From: Malacoraja senta
Lineage: Eukaryota
Reading direction: 5' to 3'
Length of the DNA: 64,000 nucleotides
Assembly (NCBI GenBank): GCA_038087875.1
Contig: CM075989.1
Span: 16,618,001-16,682,000, forward strand
Position 1 is the stretch's first letter. Each line of letters begins with the position of its first letter. Below the pieces are notes generated by a model. The model made no database searches, had not been told where the DNA came from, and saw only the letters and a list, made by a program, of their open reading frames with translations. Shown here in pieces: positions 13,233-23,550 of the stretch. The translations under genes and the position numbers were made by a program.

Positions 13233-14186
13233 ATGAGCGGCCAGGAGATGTGCCAATACTGTGAGATGTGGGAATTTGTCGACACCATTGATGTAGATGA
13301 TCCCTACAGCTGCAGTAAGTGTTTGAGGCTAGCGGAACTCGAGCTCCGCATTGATGAGCTGGAGACCCAACTTCATACGCTGCGGTGCATCAGGGAGGGG
13401 GAGTATTACCTGGATGTTTTGTGCCAGGGGATGGTCACACCGACCAGTTTAACTAATTCAGTAGTTAGTGAGCAGGGAAAGGAAGGTGTGGCCATAAGCG
13501 AGGCAGGTAGGGGGAACCAGGAGGAGATGCGGCAGGAGCCACAGCCCTTGTCCCTGACGAGCATGACCGAGGCTCTTACTCAATGTGAGGACGGGATCAG
13601 GGGCTGTGGGAGGGATGAGCAACCTGGCTGCAGCACCGTGGATCAGGGGGCCATTCAAGAGGGGGGAGTTAGAAGAAATGCCGTTGTGATAGGGGATAGT
13701 ATTATTCGGGGGGTAGATAAGGTTCTCTGCGGCCAGCAGAACATGTCCCGAAGGCTGTGTTGCCTACCCGGTGCTAAGGTTAAGGATATCTCTGCGATGC
13801 TGGAGAGAAATTTGCAGAGTGAGGGGGAGGATCCAGTGGTCGTGGTCCATGTGGGGACCAATGACATAGGAAGGACGAGGCAGGAGGATCTGCTGAACGA
13901 GTTTGAGCAGTTAGGGAATAAATTAAAAAGCAGAACCTCGAGGGTACTGATCTCCGGATTGCTACCTGAGCCACGGGCCAAATCGGCGAGGGTACGTAAA
14001 ATTAAAAAGCTGAATGCGTGGCTCAAAGACTGGTGTGGGAAAAATGGGTTTGGTTTCTTGGGCCACTGGCACCAGTACTGGGACAGGGGGGATCTGTTCT
14101 GTAAGGACGGACTTCACCTGAACGGTGCTGGGACTGGGGTCCTGGCAAATCATATAACTAGGGCAGTAGAGAGGTCTTTAAACTAA
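13233..14186 (+). CDS. CR1 ORF1: N-terminal CxxC..CxxC zinc finger and coiled coil plus SGNH esterase domain (317 aa)
   Basis: CQYC/CSKC, LELRIDELETQL heptads, GDS (VIGDSIIR), GTND and DGLH motifs. Confidence 0.93.
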   Translation: MSGQEMCQYCEMWEFVDTIDVDDPYSCSKCLRLAELELRIDELETQLHTLRCIREGEYYLDVLCQGMVTPTSLTNSVVSEQGKEGVAISEAGRGNQEEMRQEPQPLSLTSMTEALTQCEDGIRGCGRDEQPGCSTVDQGAIQEGGVRRNAVVIGDSIIRGVDKVLCGQQNMSRRLCCLPGAKVKDISAMLERNLQSEGEDPVVVVHVGTNDIGRTRQEDLLNEFEQLGNKLKSRTSRVLISGLLPEPRAKSARVRKIKKLNAWLKDWCGKNGFGFLGHWHQYWDRGDLFCKDGLHLNGAGTGVLANHITRAVERSLN

Positions 14187-14275
14187 GTAGCGGGGGGGAG
14201 GTATCAAGGGGGGTAATAAAGGCAGGGGTAGAGGAAATAGAGCAGGGTATCAGTGGGGAAACGGAAAATCAAAAT

Positions 14276-17170
14276 GTGACAGGAGGATCCAGAATGTGTG
14301 AAGATAAAGCTCTAGATGTAAAAGGGGCAAAAACAGAAAGGAAGGGTAGTAAAAATCATCTGAAAGTGCTGTATCTAAATGCACGGAGTATTCGAAATAA
14401 GATAAATGAATTAACGGTGCAATTAAGTATATATAGTTATGATATCGTGGCCATTACGGAGACATGGCTGCAAGGGGATCAGGATTGGGAGTTAAATATA
14501 GAGGGGTACTCGACAATTAGAAAAGATAGACAGGAAAGAAAGGGAGGAGGGGTGGCCCTTTTAATAAGGGAGGGAATAACGGCAATAGAGAGGAAGGATA
14601 TTGCGTTGAAGGATCAGGATAGTGAAACAGCTTGGGTACAGATAGAGAATAACAAGGGGAAAAAAACACTAGTGGGTGTAATTTATAGACCTCCAAATAG
14701 CTGTGACGCTGTTAGTCAGAACATAAATCTGCAAATAGTTGACGCATGTAAAAAGGGAACTGCTGTAATCATGGGGGACTTCAATTTTCATATTAATTGG
14801 GCAAACCAAACTGGGCAGGGTAGACTAGAGGAAGAGTTTATAGAATGTATTCGAGACGGGTTCCTAGAACAGTATGTCACAGAACCGACAAGGGGGGAGG
14901 CAATCTTGGATCTGGTCCTGTGTAATGAAGCAGGATTAATTAAAAATGTCATAGTTAGGGACTCGTTGGGAACAAGTGACCACAATATGGTCGAATTCCA
15001 TATTCAAATAGAAGGGGAGCAGGTTGAAACTCAGGCTAGGGTACTTAGTTTAAATAAGGGGGATTATGAAGGTATGAGGACTGAGCTGATCAAAGTTGAC
15101 TGGGATAGCAGACTCAAGAATAAGACGGTACATGAGCAGTGGTGTACGTTTAAGGATCTACTGTATAACCTTCAAGAAAAATTTATTCCTATGAAGAAAA
15201 AAAGGGGTAAGGGAAAGAACAGTCAGCCATGGCTCAGTAAAACTATAAAGGATAGTATTCGGCTGAAGGCAAGAGCATATAAGGTAGCCAGAGATAGTGG
15301 GAGGGTAGAGGATTGGGAAGCATTTAAAGGTCAGCAAAAAATAACTAAGAGATTAATCAAGACGGGGAAAATAGACTATGAAAGGAATTTAGCGAACAAC
15401 ATAAAAACTAATAGTAAGAGTTTTTATAGCTATATAAAAAGAAAAAGGGTGGCTAAGGTGAACGTTGGTCCATTGGAGGGTGAGACTGGAGAGTTGTTGG
15501 TGGGGAACATGGAAATGGCAAAGGCATTAAACGAGTATTTTGTATCAGTCTTCACCATAGAAGACACAAAAAATATTCCAACGCTGGATAAACAGGGGGC
15601 GGTAGGAATGGAGGAGCTAAATACTATTAAGATCACCAAGGAGGTGGTATTAGGGAAATTAATGAGACTGAAGGTGGATAAATCCCCTGGGCCTGATGGA
15701 TTACATCCAAGGGTCTTGAGGGAGATAGCGGTGGGGATTGTGGATGCATTGGTGATAATTTTCCAAAACTCCCTGGAGGCAGGAACGGTCCCAGTGGATT
15801 GGAAAATGGCCAATGTAACACCTATATTTAAAAAAGGAAGTAAACAGAAGGCGGGTAACTATAGACCGGTTAGTCTAACATCGGTGGTGGGTAAAATGTT
15901 AGAGACAATTATTAAAGAAACACTAACGGGGCACTTGGATAAACATGACTTCATCGGACAGAACCAGCATGGTTTTGTGAAGGGGAAGTCCTGTTTAACG
16001 AATCTGCTCGAATTCTTTGAGGAAGTAACAACCCGGGTGGATAAAGGGGAACCGGTGGATGTGGTATACTTGGACTTCCAAAAGGCTTTTGACAAGGTGC
16101 CACATAAGAGACTATTGCTAAAAATAAAAAAATATGGGATTGGGGGTAATATATTAGCATGGGTAGAGGATTGGCTAACAAATAGGAAGCAGAGAGTGGG
16201 GATAAATGGTTCATACTCGGGATGGCAACCGGTAACTAGCGGGGTTCCGCAAGGGTCGGTGCTGGGACCCCAGTTGTTCACAATTTATATAAATGATTTG
16301 GAGGAGGGAACCAAGTGTAATATATCAAAATTTGCGGACGATACAAAAATGGGAGGAAAAGTAGGGGATGAGGAGGATAGGAAGAGTCTGCAAAAGGATA
16401 TAGATAAGCTAGGTGAGTGGGCAACAACTTGGCAGATGAAATTTAATACTAATAAATGTGAAGTCATTCACTTTGGGAAAAAAAATGATAGGGCAAGTTA
16501 TTTTCTAAATGAGGTGGAGCTGCGTTGTAATGCAACGCAAAGGGATCTAGGGGTAGTAGTACATGAATCACTAAAAGTTAGTATGCAGGTGCAGCAAGCA
16601 ATCAGGAAGGCCAATGGAGTTTTGGCCTTTATTGCTAGGGGGGTTGAGTATAAAAACACGGAGGTCTTGCTGCAGCTGTACACAGTATTAGTGAGACCAC
16701 ATTTGGAATACTGTGTACAGTTCTGGGGTCCATACTTAAGAAAGGATGTACTGGCCCTGGAGGCAGTGCAGCGAAGGTTTACAAGATTAATTCCTGCAAT
16801 GAGGGGATTGACATATGAGGAAAGGTTAAGTAGGCTGGAACTCTACTCTTTGGAGTTTAGAAGAATGAGAGGCGATCTCATTGAAACATATAAGATCGTG
16901 AGGGGCCTTGATCGGGTGGATGCACCGAGGATGTTCCCAATGATTGGGGAAACTAGAACTAGGGGACATAGTTGTAGAATAAGGGGGGGCTCTTTTAAAA
17001 CTGAGATGAGGAAGAACTTCTTCACCCAGAGGGTGGTTAATTTATGGAATTCACTGCCCCAGGGAGCAGTGGAAGCAGAAACATTAAATATATTTAAGTC
17101 TAAAATAGATTGTTTTTTAGCTGCCAAGGGGATAAGGGGCTACGGGGAGAGGGCAGGGATATGGACCTAG
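14276..17170 (+). CDS. CR1 ORF2: APE endonuclease plus reverse transcriptase (964 aa, no internal stops)
   Basis: YLNARS, ITETW, GDFN, SDH (APE); KSPGPDG, YRPVSL, DFQKAFD, GVPQGSVLGP, FADD (RT). The frame is open upstream to 14162. The first ATG is at 14294. Confidence 0.97.
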   Translation: MTGGSRMCEDKALDVKGAKTERKGSKNHLKVLYLNARSIRNKINELTVQLSIYSYDIVAITETWLQGDQDWELNIEGYSTIRKDRQERKGGGVALLIREGITAIERKDIALKDQDSETAWVQIENNKGKKTLVGVIYRPPNSCDAVSQNINLQIVDACKKGTAVIMGDFNFHINWANQTGQGRLEEEFIECIRDGFLEQYVTEPTRGEAILDLVLCNEAGLIKNVIVRDSLGTSDHNMVEFHIQIEGEQVETQARVLSLNKGDYEGMRTELIKVDWDSRLKNKTVHEQWCTFKDLLYNLQEKFIPMKKKRGKGKNSQPWLSKTIKDSIRLKARAYKVARDSGRVEDWEAFKGQQKITKRLIKTGKIDYERNLANNIKTNSKSFYSYIKRKRVAKVNVGPLEGETGELLVGNMEMAKALNEYFVSVFTIEDTKNIPTLDKQGAVGMEELNTIKITKEVVLGKLMRLKVDKSPGPDGLHPRVLREIAVGIVDALVIIFQNSLEAGTVPVDWKMANVTPIFKKGSKQKAGNYRPVSLTSVVGKMLETIIKETLTGHLDKHDFIGQNQHGFVKGKSCLTNLLEFFEEVTTRVDKGEPVDVVYLDFQKAFDKVPHKRLLLKIKKYGIGGNILAWVEDWLTNRKQRVGINGSYSGWQPVTSGVPQGSVLGPQLFTIYINDLEEGTKCNISKFADDTKMGGKVGDEEDRKSLQKDIDKLGEWATTWQMKFNTNKCEVIHFGKKNDRASYFLNEVELRCNATQRDLGVVVHESLKVSMQVQQAIRKANGVLAFIARGVEYKNTEVLLQLYTVLVRPHLEYCVQFWGPYLRKDVLALEAVQRRFTRLIPAMRGLTYEERLSRLELYSLEFRRMRGDLIETYKIVRGLDRVDAPRMFPMIGETRTRGHSCRIRGGSFKTEMRKNFFTQRVVNLWNSLPQGAVEAETLNIFKSKIDCFLAAKGIRGYGERAGIWT

Positions 17171-18429
17171 GTATGGTTAGTATAGTAAGACCTGAGTGAT
17201 CTCCTGGACAAGTGTCGATCGCCTGGATTGGGGTCGGAGAGGAATTTCCCGGATTTTTTTCCCGAATTGGACCTGGGTTTTTATCCGTTTTTTTGCCTCC
17301 CCCAGGAGATCACGCGGTTCTTGGGGTGGAGAGGGGTGATAGCGGTATAAAGGGGAGGGTAGTGTCTTGTGTTCTGTGTCTTGTGTCTACTGTTTGTGGG
17401 TAAGGGTGTCTGTTTAGTGTTCAGCCATGAGCGAATGGCGGTGCGGGCTCGATGGGCCTGGTGGTCTACTCTCGCACCTACTTTCTATGTTTCTATGTTT
17501 CTATGTTTCTATGTACTATGGTGTATACAAAGTTTCAGGGAGCAATTAAGAAGGGAACCACACAGGAGACTACTGGGGGAGATGAAGGCGAGCATAATCA
17601 TGGACTGAAAACTGACTAGAAATGTGTAGATAAAAATTAACAATTTCCTGAACTGAATGAAAATGGCTAGTAATGACGGAGGAAAATCAAGTGAAAAAGA
17701 GGATTAAAAAAAAAAACAGGATGGCACAAAAATAATGAAAAAATGATCCTCCTTTCATTTGGAACTAAAGTGGAAGAGATTTATAATGGCATAACTAAAT
17801 TGTGTAACACAGTAAGATTCATATCAACTCACACTGTCTCTGTCCCAATTTGAAAAACAGCATTGAAAATTAATCCCATAATTAAATAAATGCATCAATA
17901 ATGCTTAAGAATTTCAATCCGAATCGACATCTTCACACGTGCAAAAATAAGTAGATTTGCTCAAATGACTGTTGCTCTACATTGGAATTTGTTGCAAAAT
18001 GGTCTTGGGTATGAAAACTATCCAATCACACAGTAATAAATAGGCTGATAGAGCAATGTTGACAAATCAAGCAAGAATAATGCAAGAGCACATGAGCTTA
18101 GATTCTTGTTTTAGGCACCCACTCTAGACAAGCTATTCATCTCCGGACAGACTGGTTTCTCGTCTGACTCCTGCTCAGCTGCATACAACACTGTTAATCA
18201 TCCAACATTGCTTTCGAAGAGATAAAACACAAAAAGGAATTATCAATTTGTCAGCCAGCTGACAACACCAAAGTCTCCTGCAGGAGCTTCCTGTGACATC
18301 ACTGGCAGCTTTCTCTAATGCTGTGACAGGGACACTTGAAAAACTTGCCAATTGGCACAAACAGACATAAGGAGCTTACTTTGACATGGAGGATGCAAGG
18401 ACTACCTTAATCGTGTCAATACCTACCAC

Positions 18430-19030
18430 CGGGTGGTGCCTGCTATGGCCGCCTCGTCAACAGTCTGTCTCGTCCCTGCCTTCTTTTGTTGTTTTTTAGA
18501 ATGTGTTAAATATATGTTTTAGTGTTCTTTAGCTTGTTTTATGTTGGGGGGGGGGTGAGGGTGTTGGGGGAAACTTTTTTAAATCTCTTACCTCAACGGA
18601 AATGCAATTATTTTCCGTATCGGATCTCCGTCCGCATCGTGGAGCTGGCGATCCCCGTCAGGGATCGACCTTGGAGCTCCAACCACGGGAGCCTGCAGAC
18701 TTTAACATCGTGGAGCTTGGTGTCTCTGGTTAGAGACAGACTTCAGGAGTTCTAGGCCACAGGAGCTTTGACCTCCCCGACGCGGGAGCTTCGATCGCCC
18801 TGACTGCAGAAGGTTCGACTGCCCTTATCACGGGAGAATAAAGAGGAAGAAGCTAATACTTTATTGCCTTCCATCACAGTGAGGAATGTGGGGAATCCGC
18901 TATGGTGAATGTTTATTAATTTTTATGTAGTTGTGTGTCTTGTTGCTTTTAAAAAAAAAGTATGGTTGTATGGTAATTTGAGTTTCAATGTACCTTAATT
19001 GGTACACATGACAATAAACTGAACCTTTGA
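18430..19030 (+). mobile_element. Non-autonomous retroposon-like repeat with internal ggagct..cg repeats and LINE-like tail
   Basis: CpG-rich internal imperfect repeats (ggagcttcgatcgccc). Ends ggtacacatgacaataaactgaacctttga. Family not identified. Confidence 0.5.
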
Positions 19031-20849
19031 CACCCAATTTCCCAGTCAAAAGCCAATGTGGCAAAATGAGACTATACTACAATACCTAGACCAATGACTG
19101 TGGTTCGAGACAACTGTTCAAAATCTTTTGGTCTGTGACTACTCAAGAATGGACCATGTACAGTTCAGCATCAGGCAGAGGCAAATTTGCAAGTTCAGCA
19201 TTGTGTTCTTCAGTGGAAAGATTTAGAAGATGTTCATGTATCTGTTAGTCCGGAAGTCAATAATAGTCCAAGGACCAGAACAGACAAGACCAGGTAAATC
19301 AAGACTGGCAGATTATTTCCCCAACGGACTTCAGTAATTTTATGATTTTTACGGTCACCATTATTAATACAATTTTTAATCCAAACATACTGAGTGAATT
19401 AAACTTTCCAAAGAGTCCTCTGAGATGTGAACATGAATCTAAATTATCAGTACAGCGCTCAAGATTGCTAGTCCAGTAACTTAACCACAAGCGTACAAAC
19501 CATAGTATTGCATTGTAAAGTATCGCATAAGATACTAGATTGAAGAATAGGCCTTCCAATAAGAGACCATTTTAAACTTATGCCTTACTCCATACAAGAT
19601 CATGTGCAGTTCCATTCATTGATCAACACTTCACACACTTTTAAAGACCATGTTCAGTTGTTTGAAAAGCTTTTTTATGCATCTCATCTACAAGAACTTA
19701 ATTTGGTCATGGGTATTACTCAAAATTTTTTACAGAAAATGAAGATGGATTTGTATTGCATCTGTTATGTCCAGAACATCCCAGTGTTTTACACCTTTGA
19801 AGTGGCTTTGAAGTGCAACCATTGTGGTAATCATGAAGACAGGGCAAACAATGTGCACACAATAAGCTCCTTTTAGCAATATGACTAAACAATTAGTATT
19901 TAGTTAAACTAAGTGGGGATAAATATTATGTTTAAGAAGGAACTGCAGATGCTGGAAAATCGAAGGAAGACAAAAAAGCTGGAGAAACTGTTTCTCCAGG
20001 GGATAAATATTAGCTCACTTTTCCCTCCCCTTTGAAATGGTGCTATGGGATCTTTTAAGAGTTATAGTAATAGTACAAAAAGGCTCTTCAGCCCAACTCG
20101 TCCATGCCCACCAAGATGCCCCATCCAAGCCAGTTACATTTGCCCGTTCCCAGCTTATTTCCCTCTGAACCTTTCTTATCCATGTACTGTCAAACATCTT
20201 TTGATTATTATTATTGTACCCGCCTCAAAACTAGTGCAGGTCTGAGAATTGGAGCTCTATGGAAGATCGTGCTAGCCCTTTAGTGTAACGAGAGCCAGCA
20301 GAGGCAGTGAAGATGCTGCCATTGTCTTAAGCCCCAAAAAAACTAGACCAGCAACGATGCTGATTACGTCCTTGTATATAGTGTTGTTGGATGAAAACTC
20401 CACAATTCTAAATGAAGCATATTTCTCAAGAAGGTAGATAACATGACTTGCTTAAGGGAAATATATTTGGAGTAAAGACCTCCTATAACAGTTTACATGA
20501 ATATACTGCTTTCAAATATTTTGTGAATGGATACATGAAGATTTAATCCTTGAAAGTTGCCTTAGATGTTGCAAAATAGAACTTAAAGAAGCATGGTTTG
20601 AAATATCCTTCCGAGAGGTTGAAAGATATAAAAACCAAAAAGCTGCTATGTTAGGGTCATGAACATTGGCTCATTCTAAAACCTGCAGAGGAAGCCCTCC
20701 ATAACCAAAAGATCGTCTCATTTTTTGTTTCTCCATTAAAAATGTATGAGATTTTTTTCAGATCTATTTTGAGCTATTAAATGTTAGGACCTGACCTCAG
20801 CACTTTTAGTCTGTACCTAAAACAGAAACAAAAAATGTGTGCAATTTGG

Positions 20850-21560
20850 GAGCCCGGCTACGATTTAAACCAGTTAAATCATTTTTTTTTAATTTAGTGA
20901 GATAGCAAAGGAATGCCTTAGATATTATTACAGAGGCTGTTTACAATGACAAGGAATTATATATTTTTGATTGCTCTGGTGGAACAAAAATAATTTTCCT
21001 TATTAAACCATTTTTTGGCTAAAGTTTAAAGACAAAACATTATTGCTCTGGTCATGACATTATCAGGCGTTCATCACTTGAACACCTCTTTTGACAGAGG
21101 GGGGGGGGTGGGGGGGAGAACAGCAAAATTTGACATTTATACTCCTTTTAAATTTGCCAAAAGTAGAGACTCCAATATGTAACATTGGTCATGGAACTGA
21201 AAAGGGAATCAAGTCTAAAATATTGTAAAGATATTTGTCAGAGATGAATGTACAGTGACTCACAAAGCTCTCACAGAATTATTACATCGAACACTGCAAG
21301 ACCTTAGACACAATTACAGATAAATGGGAGTATTACTTTAATTCTGGCTGGAGATATTCATCAAACGCTACCAGTAATTCCATGAGGTACTAATACAGAT
21401 TAATTGAAAGCTGTGTTAAAGCATCCTATATAAAGAACAATGTTAAACAATTGCACTTGAAAATTAATATGTAAGAGTATTTGGCAAGCGATCCATCTGT
21501 GAGAGTGCTTGCTTCAAATTTACTCAAATTTGGAAATGGGGAAATTAAACACAAAGACTC
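20850..21560 (+). pseudogene. Decayed Helitron RepHel PIF1-type helicase coding remnant
   Basis: With stops and frameshifts it reads QRNALDIITEAV..YIFDCSGGT(K), LAKV*RQNIIAL, ETPICNI, DECTVTHK..LHRTLQDLR, LAGDIHQTLPVIP, LKINM, LLKFGNG. Confidence 0.85.
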
Positions 21561-21759
21561 AGCAGGAATGATTTCAATGAAAAAATCTGGGCTGAATTAT
21601 GTGGTCCATGATTCATGATGCAAGCTCCCCGGGTCCCTATCATTTACTGTGGAAGTCCAGCCCTTTGAATTTATCTACGTCCGCCATTCCTCAGCCCAGT
21701 GGCTCAGTTGGGCCAGATCCCATTGTGATCGGAGATAATCTTCTTCACTGTCCACCATA

Positions 21760-22200
21760 CCACCAATTTTTGTGTGATCTAAAACGCATTACCCAAGCCA
21801 CCTACATTCGAATCCAAATCATTAATGTAAATAATAACAAACAGCAGTGGACCCAGCACCAATCCCCGTGGTACATAACTTGTTACAGACTCCAGTCTGA
21901 AAACAATCCTCTACCGCTACTTGCCTTTCTAACTTCAAGCCAATTTTGATTCCAAATGGCTAGTTTGTCATGGATCTGATGCAATATGATAGCCTTCCAG
22001 TCCAGCCTATCTTGCAGTAACTTGCCAAAAGTCTTGCTAAAGTCTATATAGACAATGTCTACTCCACAGTCCTCTTCAATTTTCTTGTTCACCTCTTCAA
22101 AAAACTATTTGGTGAGACACAATTTTCCACGCACAAAGCTATGCTGACTATCCCTAATTGGTCCTTACCTTTTCAAATCCCAGCAGATCCCTTCTCCCAA
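21760..22200 (-). mobile_element. CR1 RT fragment
   Basis: VDIVYIDFSKTFGKL and gtaacaagttatgtaccacgggga (GVPQG-like). Confidence 0.8.
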
Positions 22201-22204
22201 AACC

Positions 22205-23177
22205 TCAAAGAATTGGCAGCAGCCAAAAGGTCAAACAAAATTTGGGACTGTGGGAGCAGTGCTTCCTCGCGATCATAGGCAAGAGCATAGTGATCAGGTG
22301 CGAGGTGCTCCTGGTGTTGCTGTACATGCACAGGTATGGCTCATACCCCGCTCCTGTGCCTTGGCAATTGCTAGAGCCATCTTCCATTTTATCTGGCGAT
22401 CCAAGATCGTTATACACCTGTCTCCAGAGAATGGGTGATAAAGGCATTCCCAACATTATTCAGGCTGAAGATGGGTCCCAATCTAAAATGTCACCTATCC
22501 AAGCTCTCCACAGATGCTACCTGACCCGCCGAGACTCCAAACACTTTGTCCCTTTCTTAATAAACCCGCATCTTCCTGCCAGAATGTTCATGCACAGCCG
22601 AGTCTCGCTTCCAACGCATGCTTCTCACAAAACAGCTGTGATGTGGATGAGAAGGCAGACAATCTCTTTGACAATCTCTCTGAGCTGGCTGTCTGAGCTA
22701 GGGGCTTTCCCCAGAGAAAGCATCCGAGCAAGCCTTAAGTCCTACTAGAGGATCATAAATTCAGTGAAAGATGCACTTTGGTCTGCTCGAAACGTGATGA
22801 TTATTCAGTGTAACAAATTATCTGTAAGTGAATGCTGCTAACTGGCACATTCCAAGCTGCAGGAATATGTGCAGAGGAATACATTGATGCGCGGTACAGC
22901 CAAAGCAAAGGCATCGTAGGGTGGGACTACCACCCAAGGTCCTGTTGCCACAGGACTTTGAGGGGATGTGTTCAGTATATTGACCTCGTAAAGATTTGAA
23001 AGTATATTGTTCAGAGGCCATGAATGGCAATCATACTTCGTAAATTGAATTTATTAACTTGATGGCACTGAATGCATTGACTTTAAACACTAAGGGTCTA
23101 AAGAAAGATGTGCTGATTGTATTGTATTTCCCATATATATATTTTATGAATAAAGTTTATTTTTGAAATTAAAAAAA
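22205..23177 (+). mobile_element. Tx1/L1-clade LINE 3' fragment
   Basis: WEQCFLAIIGKSIVIRCEVLLVLLY..FHFIW motif. Ends aataaagtttattttgaaattaaaaaaa. Confidence 0.65.
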
Positions 23178-23249
23178 CATGCCCGAATTTTGTCAGTGAA
23201 TCAAAATTCAGTCATCTCCCCTGAAAAAAGAATAATCAAATCATTGACT

Positions 23250-23550
23250 TTTTGATGAGATGTGCAAAACAAGGTTTTTTTTACACAGAGGGCAGTTAGT
23301 GCCTGGAAAGTACTGGGGTTGGTGTTGGAGGCAGATGTGATAGTGGAATTTATACGGCTTTTAGATAGGCACATGGATAGGCAGGGAATGGAGGGAAATA
23401 GATCATATACTTTGAGTCCTGAAAGGCGCTATATAAATAAAATCTATTATTATTATTATTATATGTAGACAGATGAGATTAGGTTATTTTGGCATGATGT
23501 TTGACACAGACATTGTGGGCTGAAGGGCCCGTTTCTGTGCTGCACTGTCC
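23250..23550 (+). mobile_element. CR1 3' fragment
   Basis: FFTQRAVSAW..LDRHMD and gggctgaagggcc tail. Confidence 0.75.

Larger units (their letters stand above)
12798..17514 (+). mobile_element. Full-length, apparently intact CR1-clade LINE, antisense to ARNT2 in the large intron
   Basis: 5' tandem repeats, uninterrupted ORF1 and ORF2, CR1 3' hairpin (ggtgcgg...ctcgcacc) and (TTCTATGT)n tail 17483-17514. The 5' boundary is approximate. Confidence 0.95.
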
